DNA of 64,000 nucleotides from Tortispora ganteri (Eukaryota): NCBI GenBank assembly GCA_003707115.1, contig PPNB01000003.1, positions 558,001 to 622,000 of the forward strand, read 5' to 3'. Shown piece by piece: positions 55,075 to 64,000 of this stretch (position 1 is its first letter; each line of letters starts with the position of its first letter). The notes under the pieces were generated by a model. It saw only the letters and a program-made list of their open reading frames with translations, ran no database searches and was not told where the DNA came from. The position numbers and the translations under genes were made by a program.

Positions 55075-55911
55075 GTGTAGTTCTAGCTGTTATTGAGAGC
55101 TTAGAAGTTTGTTAGTTCTTTCGATGATCGATCTTGAATATATTATAACTAACAGTTGTACCAGGCACTGGTAGGGAAATGGAATGAGTTTGAGAGATCA
55201 TGATTGATCAGTCTTTGACGATTCCATGGTGCCTTATTTTGATTTTGATAGGCCTCAGGAATTTTTTGTCCTGATCCGAATTGTTGCGTTTTATTCAGCT
55301 CGTACAAGATCTCTGAGATGTTAACTCATGTTACTATTACATTCGACTCAGAGCCATCGACGTAATGGGAATATATATAGACCTGTAACCTGTTCCGAAG
55401 AATCGAATTAAACATCACTGGGAGATTCGGCCTAGGCCAATTGCATTTAGGATAAGTTTAACATAGCATATTAGGGCAAATGTATGGTAATAGGATATTT
55501 CTGGCACATAGTGCAAAGTCAAAAATCAAGCTTCTAATTCTCCAAAAAAGGTGGGGTGTGGGGGGGTTTTAATTGATGAATAGCAGGAAGTGGGGATTAG
55601 GTGGGAGATATTTAGGGTAGAGGGCGAAATGCAGCGGGATGGGACAGGTTGCGTCGTCCCTTTTGGGGGTGGGTGGATGGGCTGGACTGGGCTGGGATAC
55701 CCTAAAAAACGATAACCCCAAGGTAAAAGCTCCTAATCAATCCTTTCGAGAATTTTGCCATACTAATTGACGCAATAGACAATCGCCAATTGGAATTGAA
55801 TCAAGCCCAGTGAAATAAGCAATAGCTGGAACTTTTATTTTTTTATTGATTTGTTATAGTCAATATAATTTGTTTTAGCAGGCAAAGAACCAAGGAAATA
55901 CACCTGATAAT

Positions 55912-57066
55912 ATGTTGCGCAAGTCTAATGTTGTTAGCCGATTGGCTGCAAGACAACTGTCTCTGCAAACCAGAAGCCGAATACTGATAAACAATGTCAG
56001 TGATATTAACAAAAATACAATTGGCTCTAGTTATGGCCGCCGAACTGCTTCTTCTGAGGGTGGTGCTATCGAGATGACGGTCAGAGATGCCTTGAATGCC
56101 GCGATGGCCGAAGAAATGGATCGCGACGAAAAAGTCTTCCTTATGGGCGAGGAGGTCGCGCAGTACAACGGTGCTTACAAAGTATCTCGCGGTTTACTTG
56201 ATCGTTTTGGTGAAAAAAGAGTTATTGACACTCCTATTACCGAAGCAGGTTTCACTGGCCTGTGTGTTGGTGCTGCACTGGCAGGTCTGGTGCCTATTTG
56301 CGAGTTTATGACTTTCAACTTCGCCATGCAGGCCATCGACCAGATCATCAATTCTGGCGCCAAGACGCTTTACATGTCAGGTGGTACACAACCTTGTCCA
56401 ATTGTTTTCCGCGGTCCTAACGGCGCAGCTGCAGGTGTCGCTGCGCAACATTCTCAGGATTATACCGCTTGGTACGGTGCAATCCCTGGTCTGAAAGTTG
56501 TCTCTCCCTACTCCGCTGAAGATGCCAAGGGATTACTAAAGGCTGCCATTCGTGACCCCAATCCGACAATTTTCCTTGAGAACGAAATCCTTTACGGAGA
56601 ATCATTCCCTCTTTCTGTGGAGGCCCAGTCTCCCGATTTCGTCATCCCTCTAGGAAAAGCCAAAATTGAGCGCCCCGGAACTGATTTGACTATCGTTACT
56701 CACTCTAGAAATACAGAGTTCTCCTTGAAAGCGGCTGAAATTCTTCAAAAGCAGTACAATGTCAGCGCGGAAGTTATTAATCTTCGGACCATCAAGCCTA
56801 TGGATATCCCAGCTATTGTCAAATCTGTTAAGAAGACCAACCGCATCATCTCAGTCGACTCGGGCTACCCGGCTTTTGGTTTTGGCTCTGAAATCTGTGC
56901 ACAGATTATGGAGTCCGAGGCTTTTGACTATCTCGATGCGCCAGTCGGTCGTGTTACTGGAGCTGAGGTACCTACACCTTATGCTGTAGAGCTCGAGGAA
57001 TTTTCGTTCCCCACACCTGATATCATCGTCAAAGCTGCCAAGACCGCTCTCTACCTTGAGGACTAA
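55912..57066 (+). CDS. PDB1: Pyruvate dehydrogenase E1 beta subunit
   Basis: [31 protein letters not shown] and [17 protein letters not shown]; presequence. Confidence 0.96.
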   Translation: MLRKSNVVSRLAARQLSLQTRSRILINNVSDINKNTIGSSYGRRTASSEGGAIEMTVRDALNAAMAEEMDRDEKVFLMGEEVAQYNGAYKVSRGLLDRFGEKRVIDTPITEAGFTGLCVGAALAGLVPICEFMTFNFAMQAIDQIINSGAKTLYMSGGTQPCPIVFRGPNGAAAGVAAQHSQDYTAWYGAIPGLKVVSPYSAEDAKGLLKAAIRDPNPTIFLENEILYGESFPLSVEAQSPDFVIPLGKAKIERPGTDLTIVTHSRNTEFSLKAAEILQKQYNVSAEVINLRTIKPMDIPAIVKSVKKTNRIISVDSGYPAFGFGSEICAQIMESEAFDYLDAPVGRVTGAEVPTPYAVELEEFSFPTPDIIVKAAKTALYLED

Positions 57067-57291
57067 TCATAGATCGAATTAATGATAGCACGGAAAGGTC
57101 AAATATACTCCGGCTACGAACATTCTGTGCAGTTTTAAATAGCTTCTGGGGGTTGCTTGTCTTTCTTCGCCTAGCAGTCAATATATAAACTTTAATTTTC
57201 ATACCTACCACTAATATTTCGCACCTTGTTGTAGTAGCCGTAAACCCCATTAGATCCGTTCAGTTTTACGTAACTTTTTATTTTAGCGGCC

Positions 57292-57633
57292 ATGTCTAGA
57301 GCAGTAGCAGCATATAGAAATGTCTGGAGGGCGATAAACATTGCATTCAAAGAAGATCTGGAGCTGATGGCAGGTGCGCGTATGAGACTCAGGAGCGAAT
57401 TCGAAGCGAATCGAAACTTGGTCGAAGATAAAGAACAGTTAGATGAAAAGATCCTTCATGCCAATGCTGTTGCCACCCTTTTACGGCAGAATCTCGTTCA
57501 AGGTGTAGCAAAGGAAGACTCGGAGGACAAGCCTAAGTATGTCTTGAGACTGCACGAAGAAACAGAACTAGGAGATAATGAGACTATTTTTCAAGGCAAG
57601 ACCAAAAGAGACACACCAACCAAATTGTCATAG
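57292..57633 (+). CDS. MZM1: LYR-motif Rieske chaperone for complex III assembly
   Basis: AYR...RA...AF..D, LRQNLVQG and Y.LRLH.ETELGDN. Confidence 0.88.
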   Translation: MSRAVAAYRNVWRAINIAFKEDLELMAGARMRLRSEFEANRNLVEDKEQLDEKILHANAVATLLRQNLVQGVAKEDSEDKPKYVLRLHEETELGDNETIFQGKTKRDTPTKLS

Positions 57634-57708
57634 CACATAACAAACCATATAGCATCATCCCGGATAGACCAAAAAGAATAAATAAATTGAGAATAATAGT
57701 GAAGGAAT

Positions 57709-58467
57709 TCAAGGATCCCACGACACTTTTATTATATTGCCTCGGATTTTAAAATTTCCGTTCATTTGCTTGGCTCTAAAAGCAGCATTTTCTGCGCTCA
57801 CTCGATCTATGAAATTTACTTCAATAGATGTAATTTGGCTGACATTAATACTCTGCAGCGGCCCGAATTGTGTTAAATAATGCATTATATCGTTCTGATC
57901 AATAGAAGAGTTTGATTTTAGATATAGAGTAGTAGTAGATTTTTTCTTCGGAGGGTCTAGCGGGTCGGGGTGATCTGTAGAGGTTTGCAATGGCGCAGGA
58001 TCAGCTTTATTCTCATCATTATGCACTGAAGCAGTTTTTTTCGATCGATTTGCATTCGCTGATGACAGTAAGCTAGCCACTTGCTGTTCAGGATTCGAGT
58101 ACTTCTTATCAGACAGCGGTTGGGATCCTTCAGCGATAGCTCGTTCGGTAGCTAAAGCCTTCCACTGTCTATTCACTACTGGTCCAGAGGTTGAGCCAGA
58201 AGCAGGACCAGCGAGTTTCAATGCAGTGTCTCGTATCGAAATAGGTAAGCCAAATGTGAGGTCAAGCATACATGATTGACAGCAATTTTTTTGTCGTGCA
58301 CATGCTTTGCATATCACTGTCCGTCGTTTATGACCATCTATGTTCCAACTATATTGGTTGAAGGGCCTTGTACAGAATTTACATTCACCTCCATTTATAT
58401 CTTTATACATCCTTATATATGAGCTCTCACCTAAACAAGGCTCGCATAGCACGGGTATATCATCCAT
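57709..58467 (-). CDS. SLT11: Pre-mRNA splicing factor Slt11/Ecm2 (RBM22 family)
   Basis: P.LCE.CLG...YIRM.K...G.ECK.CTRPF, IC..CAR.KNCCQSCMLDL and a C-terminal RRM; ATG at 58467. Confidence 0.88.
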   Translation of the reverse strand: MDDIPVLCEPCLGESSYIRMYKDINGGECKFCTRPFNQYSWNIDGHKRRTVICKACARQKNCCQSCMLDLTFGLPISIRDTALKLAGPASGSTSGPVVNRQWKALATERAIAEGSQPLSDKKYSNPEQQVASLLSSANANRSKKTASVHNDENKADPAPLQTSTDHPDPLDPPKKKSTTTLYLKSNSSIDQNDIMHYLTQFGPLQSINVSQITSIEVNFIDRVSAENAAFRAKQMNGNFKIRGNIIKVSWDP

Positions 58468-58596
58468 TATCGTCGTAAGTTGGGGTTGGTAGAGATTATT
58501 ATGGAGAACTCTATTCACAATAAAGTCGTTAAATCATTTTGGACCTGCGGAGCGGCGTTTGATTACTTTTCCAGCGACAATAAGAGGTATTTGGCC

Positions 58597-58628
58597 TTAA
58601 TTAATAGATAAATCTATCTATTAATTAA
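58597..58628. repeat. Perfect 14-bp AT-rich inverted repeat with 4-nt spacer
   Basis: TTAATTAATAGATA-aatc-TATCTATTAATTAA. Confidence 0.9.
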
Positions 58629-58966
58629 ATTTATTTAGAAAGGTCCAACATCTTTATTGTATGACTTCCATGTTGCACATGTTCATATGGGGTACTGTAC
58701 CACTTGCAACTAGACTACCCGTTCCTGGTTTCAAGCTGTGCTACCATATCAAAAACTATCTAGAGATGTAGGTTCCGACATCATTTATTGTTCAAATTTC
58801 ATCACTTGCACTGTCATTAATTGACTGCCATAAGCTTGATCTGAATTTCATTACTTGGTAATACAGCTTCTCTGATTAAGTTGGGAATTCCTCTAGTCAC
58901 GTGATAGGGCAACGCCTCGAAGAACGCGAACTCGATTAACATTGGCAACATAAACAAACAGCAACA

Positions 58967-59662
58967 ATGACAAAAAGCATCGTTGATTTGCCGCCAGAAA
59001 TACTTAATATTATATTTAAATACTTATACCAAGACGAAATATTAAAATGCATAAGTCTATCACAAAAAATCCATGATATTTGCTTGAGCAACTGGTCTGA
59101 TGTTCATGTTTATTCATCGGTCTCTAAATTGACCATGAATAGAATAAAGTCATTACACATTCACAATGACGCAGAGATACACTTAACAGAAAATCAGATC
59201 CAATCTATCAACTCCATATCAATACCAGCATATCACATGAAAGACGATTATATATCACACATCGAGTCAAATCTCAGGTACTTAAAGATTACAGGATTCT
59301 GGCCTAGTTCCTTGCGAGATCATTCTTTCGACTTTAGAAATCTGGATGAACTAGAACTATATGATGCTCCATTAACAGAATTTAATATCTCATTTAACTG
59401 CCCCAATATCCGCTCAGTCAAAATCCAGTTCTGTTCTGCCAAATGGCTATATTCACAGCTGCAACGTCCCATGCCTGAGTTGCAATCTCTTTCGATCCAT
59501 TCTGTGTCCGACCATCTTAAAGTGAATGATGATCTCATTCGGTCCCATTTACCCGCTGATTGTACCTTAACAATAGAAGGTAACTATTTGTACGATTCTT
59601 CCATAGAATCGGTATATTCATATCTGGACTGGTATACGTCGTTACCGGTGGCTGTTACATAA
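58967..59662 (+). CDS. F-box protein with degenerate LRR-like region
   Basis: N-terminal IVDLPPEILNIIFKYL; LxxLxI/L repeats (LRYLKI, LDELEL, IRSVKI, LQSLSI). Confidence 0.75.
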   Translation: MTKSIVDLPPEILNIIFKYLYQDEILKCISLSQKIHDICLSNWSDVHVYSSVSKLTMNRIKSLHIHNDAEIHLTENQIQSINSISIPAYHMKDDYISHIESNLRYLKITGFWPSSLRDHSFDFRNLDELELYDAPLTEFNISFNCPNIRSVKIQFCSAKWLYSQLQRPMPELQSLSIHSVSDHLKVNDDLIRSHLPADCTLTIEGNYLYDSSIESVYSYLDWYTSLPVAVT

Positions 59663-60476
59663 GTTTCGGCATCTTGACACCTCTGACCAATGCAATACGA
59701 TCGCCATCTCGAACCGGTACATCACTGAGTTTATCTGAGAAGTTCAAAACTTTGCCCTGATCGACATGATAAACTCTGAGCTTTTTCTCATCATCTTCTT
59801 TCATATTGTTGTAATTCATAATCTGCAGCGATAGAGCTGCTTTATCAAGCATCGCACCGACAACTATGTTCTTATCGAAGTACATATTCTGTTTCTTAGG
59901 AGGATCTACTCCTTCTATTTGTACGTACACACGATCGGTGACATTCACTTTCGAGTCTCCTTTAGCTGTCTTCTTCATTTCGAGAATTTCTGCTCTCCTA
60001 GCGGCACTGGGGTTAGAACTTGCCTTAAATGTATTCCATGCCTTAAATTTACTTAGTGCCGCACTCATTTTAGACTTTTTATTTTCTTCTTGCACCACTT
60101 TGGCCACTTTTCTTTCTGCTGTTGCAACGCATTTATGTGAATGTCTATGCTTCAAGCAATGCACCTTTCTGCATTTCGTACAGAAGGTTCCTGGAGATTT
60201 CGTAGCATCTATTTGTGTTATGCATCCATCTTCTGCACACATTTTATGTGGTGAAGATCCGGTTTTAGGTCGCTGGTTTCCCACTTGATCTTCCAAAATG
60301 GTACTTGTTTTCACATTCACGCTGCATTCATGTGTCTCAGGCCTTCTGTGATCTAAGCAATACTTATTGCCACATCTGGAACATTCAAAGGGCAAAAAGT
60401 CGAGTTTTTGGCACGTCCTCAGCGAACAATGTTCGCCGATATCCAACATTTCTCGCCCATCCACCCTGCTATTCAT
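59655..60476 (-). CDS. CUZ1: AN1-type zinc finger protein with C-terminal ubiquitin-like domain (Cuz1/ZFAND1)
   Basis: LDIGEHC....C..LDFLPF.C..C...YCLDHR....H.C, a second AN1 finger and AKGD...DRVY; ATG at 60476 (or 60449). Confidence 0.87.
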   Translation of the reverse strand: MNSRVDGREMLDIGEHCSLRTCQKLDFLPFECSRCGNKYCLDHRRPETHECSVNVKTSTILEDQVGNQRPKTGSSPHKMCAEDGCITQIDATKSPGTFCTKCRKVHCLKHRHSHKCVATAERKVAKVVQEENKKSKMSAALSKFKAWNTFKASSNPSAARRAEILEMKKTAKGDSKVNVTDRVYVQIEGVDPPKKQNMYFDKNIVVGAMLDKAALSLQIMNYNNMKEDDEKKLRVYHVDQGKVLNFSDKLSDVPVRDGDRIALVRGVKMPKLM

Positions 60477-60696
60477 AACTCTTAGAAAGTGGTGAACTTT
60501 AACTCGCGTTAACGTGGCGTCTTCTTTATAAATGGTAGCACCCAATTTCTCTATTACTAATACAACGGAACATTCTAGAATGTAATATAAAATCACTTAT
60601 ATGCAAAAGCTATTCAATCGTAAACCTCATAACAAAACAAAACTTTTGCTGAATCAAATATTTGATTTTAACAAAGTAGCAAAAATAGTGCGTAGA

Positions 60697-62576
60697 TCAT
60701 ACAGCAAACAATGTAACTTTCTGTGATGTGTAAAGCAGATCTTTTAACGAAGTATCATCAGGTATCGGTCTCAGCACTCCTTCAGTATCTTTGTATGCCA
60801 GTGAAAGGTTTCCAACAGAGAGCTTTTCGGACAATTTGTGTAACAGTTCATTAAGCTTAATGGATCTAGGTATTCGCAGTGCCACTGCCTCCTGGCCATA
60901 AAATACCTTCACTTTAATAACATCTGAGCCACTTCTTACCCCTTCTTGGGTCGTAGTGTAACCATCAGATCCTTTCAAAGGAGCTAGTGGAGCAACCGGC
61001 TTTGAGTATGGGGCAGCAATCGATGCAGTCTTAGGTGACGTTCTGCCAAAAAGCGAGCCTTCTTCATACGACAACTTTGATGCCCAAGACACCCGCGATA
61101 CACCGACAGAGTTTCTAATAGAATTGCTGCCTCCTGCGTTCGTAATATCAATATCTCCCTCCCTTGGTAGAAATAAATTCAGAACAACCTCTTGTCGGGA
61201 AATATAGTGCGGTAAAGCAAGTAACTCCTGCACATATTGATCCAAAACTTCTTTTCTCGCAGCAGTGATTTTATCTGTGACGTTAGTTACAGGCCCTGGT
61301 ATGTATGGCAGAATGCGTTTAGACATAGACCGGCCTGCTTCTTTAGGGAAATCATGAATCAAGCGAACTTGAACATCAAAGAAATCTTCGTATGAACGGT
61401 ATAGTTCTTTCACATCACCACGAGAACCTTGACATCGAATAATGAATAAGAATCTCCTAGATCGCTCATCAAAAATATACGACACAACAGATGCAGCGGT
61501 GACAACATCATTCAGGTTACTACCACCATGATTTAAGGAATTAGATGCGAGTAATTGTGCATCATTGGGCGCTTGACTCATCATTAAACGAGTCTGTTGA
61601 TCAGAAAGTTGCGGGTGTTGCTGCATAATCTGCTGCTGTTGTTGGTGATGATAATGCTGTATTTGCGACGTTCTATCAACTGGCAGTCCAGAGCCCTGAT
61701 ACACCGGTTCATGCCCATTCGAGCCAGGAATTTCAAGTTGTCCCAGGGTAATGCTTTTAGATTGATATTCATGATTGTGCTTTTTCCATTCTTCGACTTT
61801 GGGAAGCTGTACTTTCTTTATAGCTTCTTCTAGGTTTTCCACTTCTTGACCAGTCTCTAAATCACGTATAGAGACATAGGAGACGGGCAAAAGACCGGGA
61901 CCTCCTAGACGACCTATCGGTTTTGCGACAAACCACTCGTTATTCGTCTGTGCCACTATGATGACATGATCGCCTTCTTGGGCATCGAGCTCGTCTTGCT
62001 GTTCTGCGACGAAATCGTAAAGCACTATTCCAAAAAGGGAGCCGAATTTTGAGACAGAGACAGGTCTTGTGTTATTATTGGAGTTTGATTCAGAAAAACC
62101 AGAGTCTTTTTTGACGGAACTGGTACTATTAGAAATGCGATTCGCGGTAAGATTAGAATTAATACCGGCGGAGCTCGTATGTGTGCGATCTAACGTTTCG
62201 AAAAGTTCCACGGGGACCCTACCATGTACATTAGTTGAAGGATTGTAGGCATCATACCATCGTCCATCTGCGGAATCATTTGTTACGTAGAAGAAATCAC
62301 CTTTATGGAAACTTAACTCGTCAGCTGTCTGACCTTGATAACTGTATAGTGCCTTGATAGCTTTTGCAGGGGCTTGGATCGATTCAGGTTGTTTCTCTGG
62401 CACAGTTGCCTTAACGGAAAACTTGTAGTCGCCGCTTCTTTTGCGGAATCCCTTAAATCTAGTTAGTGGCCGGCGTGATTTATAAGTCCAGGGGGAGGTA
62501 GGTTTGGAGAGATTAAGAAACAAGCTTCGCAATATGTCACAAACCCACTACCTCTCAGTCTGCTTACCTTTAGCAT
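60697..62576 (-). CDS. BEM1: Polarity scaffold Bem1 (SH3-SH3-PX-PB1); exon 1 62576-62568, intron 62567-62452, exon 2 62451-60697
   Basis: Two SH3 domains (KPIGRLGGPGL), PX and PB1 (IKVKVFY). ATGCTAAAG|GTAAGC...CACTAAC...AAG splices to give MLKGFRKRS. Confidence 0.93.
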
Positions 62577-63353
62577 TGCTTATTTTTTTTTTGAAATGTA
62601 TGCACCGAACAGTGTATAATTAGCGGTTTGGCGCAGAAATGGAAGAATTATCAGGGAAAGAAGAGATAAGTAAATGGGTAAGGTGGTTATTTTTGGTGAA
62701 GGTGGGAGGTTACATGAATCTAGGGGGGGGAGGGGGCGCAAGAGAAGGGGCGGTGGGAGAGAGGCGTATAGCTGCCGAACAAGGACCCCTACTGGTCAAG
62801 GGAATTTCATTGTCATTCAGTTAATGATGTTTTATCACTGATTAAAGAGTACACAAATTTTATGCAATTAGGTCAAATACATAAGTATATATTAATTAGA
62901 CGCAATATTGGCTCATTAACGGAGGGACATACTTTTTTCATTATATTTAATACACATTAGTTTCCACCGGTGTTACGCTTTAAAGTTAAAGTTTGACATA
63001 ACTTAATTGATCCTTACGATATCATCGTCTCACATAAGCACCACCAATAATTCTTAGATACACGAAAGGGTTCACGATAAAGGGTTCAAAACTAATAATA
63101 TAGATACCCTTGCACTTATTTCTGTTATTTACAGTCAGATATATAAGCGCACTCTCGCTCTTATTCTCAAATATTCTAACTTATCCTTACATCTTCACAC
63201 ATTCGAAACATACCTGAATCGCTCTAATTTGCACGCTAGGACATAGGCAGCGAAGAACAAGGACATAACAAGGACATTATAACCTCAAATTAGCACAAAA
63301 AGACCAGCAAACTTTTGGAATACTTGTTAAAACTTACCCGAGATAATCCCGCC

Positions 63354-64000
63354 ATGGCTAAATGCAAAATCTATCACTCTCATGAACAAGATAAAGATCT
63401 TTCCGTGTTAGTAGATCATTTTTATAGCCATGAAAACAAACAATTATTATGCAGTGAACCTCATATTATGTCGCCAAGTACGTCATACACGTCGAATGCG
63501 ACAACTTCTCAAGGATCATCGTACAGTTTTCCAGAAAGCGCCCGTACACAGCTCATCGAGCAGCTGGAAGCGACCAATTTATCAACACAGTCTCTGAATA
63601 GCATAATCGGATTCACTTTGAGCACAAGGCAAAATGAAGATGAGCAACTTAAATACGATTTGCTCAAAACTGCAGTTCACAGTAATAACTCAAAGTTGGA
63701 AATGGTCCAGGATGAATGGAAGAGCTATTTTGAGTCATTCAACGATGAATTGAATAACACTTTTGGCACAGGAGTGACAGATTACTCCTCCATATTAGTA
63801 AACCCCGGGTTTTCACAGCCGATTGTTCAGATTCCTGAACAGGTACCGGTATTCAATGAGAACGTTTGGACTTCACACTCAAAGCCAGCCTCTCCGTCCG
63901 TTAGTCCTCGCACAATTGAACAAAAAAACAACCAAAAGAAAAGTACATTAACATCTTCATCAAGAAAGAATATGAAAGTTTCTAAGAAAAAACCAGTTCC
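63354..64000 (+). CDS. Hypothetical protein, 3'-truncated at the window end (not in the ORF track)
   Basis: gccATGG start and a frame open for 215 codons to the edge (MAKCKIYHSHEQ...SRKNMKVSKKKPV). No family recognised. Confidence 0.6.
   Translation, partial: MAKCKIYHSHEQDKDLSVLVDHFYSHENKQLLCSEPHIMSPSTSYTSNATTSQGSSYSFPESARTQLIEQLEATNLSTQSLNSIIGFTLSTRQNEDEQLKYDLLKTAVHSNNSKLEMVQDEWKSYFESFNDELNNTFGTGVTDYSSILVNPGFSQPIVQIPEQVPVFNENVWTSHSKPASPSVSPRTIEQKNNQKKSTLTSSSRKNMKVSKKKPV

Noticed and set aside
62639..62824. G/purine-rich tract and a 61-aa ORF upstream of BEM1
   Set aside because: It reads as an ordinary pyrimidine-rich promoter or leader on the BEM1 sense strand; the ORF is low-complexity.

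Overview
Gene-dense eukaryotic chromosome segment (about 33 protein-coding genes in 64 kb, few introns). It is most consistent with a complex I-containing, early-diverging budding yeast (Saccharomycotina); the organism is inferred, not identified. Most genes are recognisable housekeeping genes: SPN1, FAA, PMA1, NRD1, CIT1, RSM27, ATG8, APS2, YAP1, NUP57-like, complex I NUPM and NUAM subunits, CTF4, RNase III, ORC5, MTC5, SEN1, MCP2, ICE2, PDB1, MZM1, SLT11, CUZ1 and BEM1. I reconstructed coding-region introns in CIT1, ATG8 and BEM1 by eye, plus a probable long 5'-UTR intron in PMA1. The most unusual region is a roughly 4.8 kb block between CTF4 and NUAM. It holds a membrane-anchored PHP metallophosphoesterase lying tail-to-tail (5 bp gap) with a 778-aa orphan. 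The orphan's motif order (PD...E nuclease-like, Cys/His cluster, degenerate kinase fold) recalls Spok-type meiotic drivers and other REase+kinase conflict proteins; this is a by-eye hypothesis that needs profile or structure searches. Other candidates are a DUF1446/AtuA gene next to a peroxisomal acyl-CoA synthetase, dual-targeting designs in citrate synthase and a YciI protein, an FG-less Nup57, and a (Gly-Met-Pro)13 tail on Nrd1. I recognised no tRNA, rRNA, CRISPR array or transposon.
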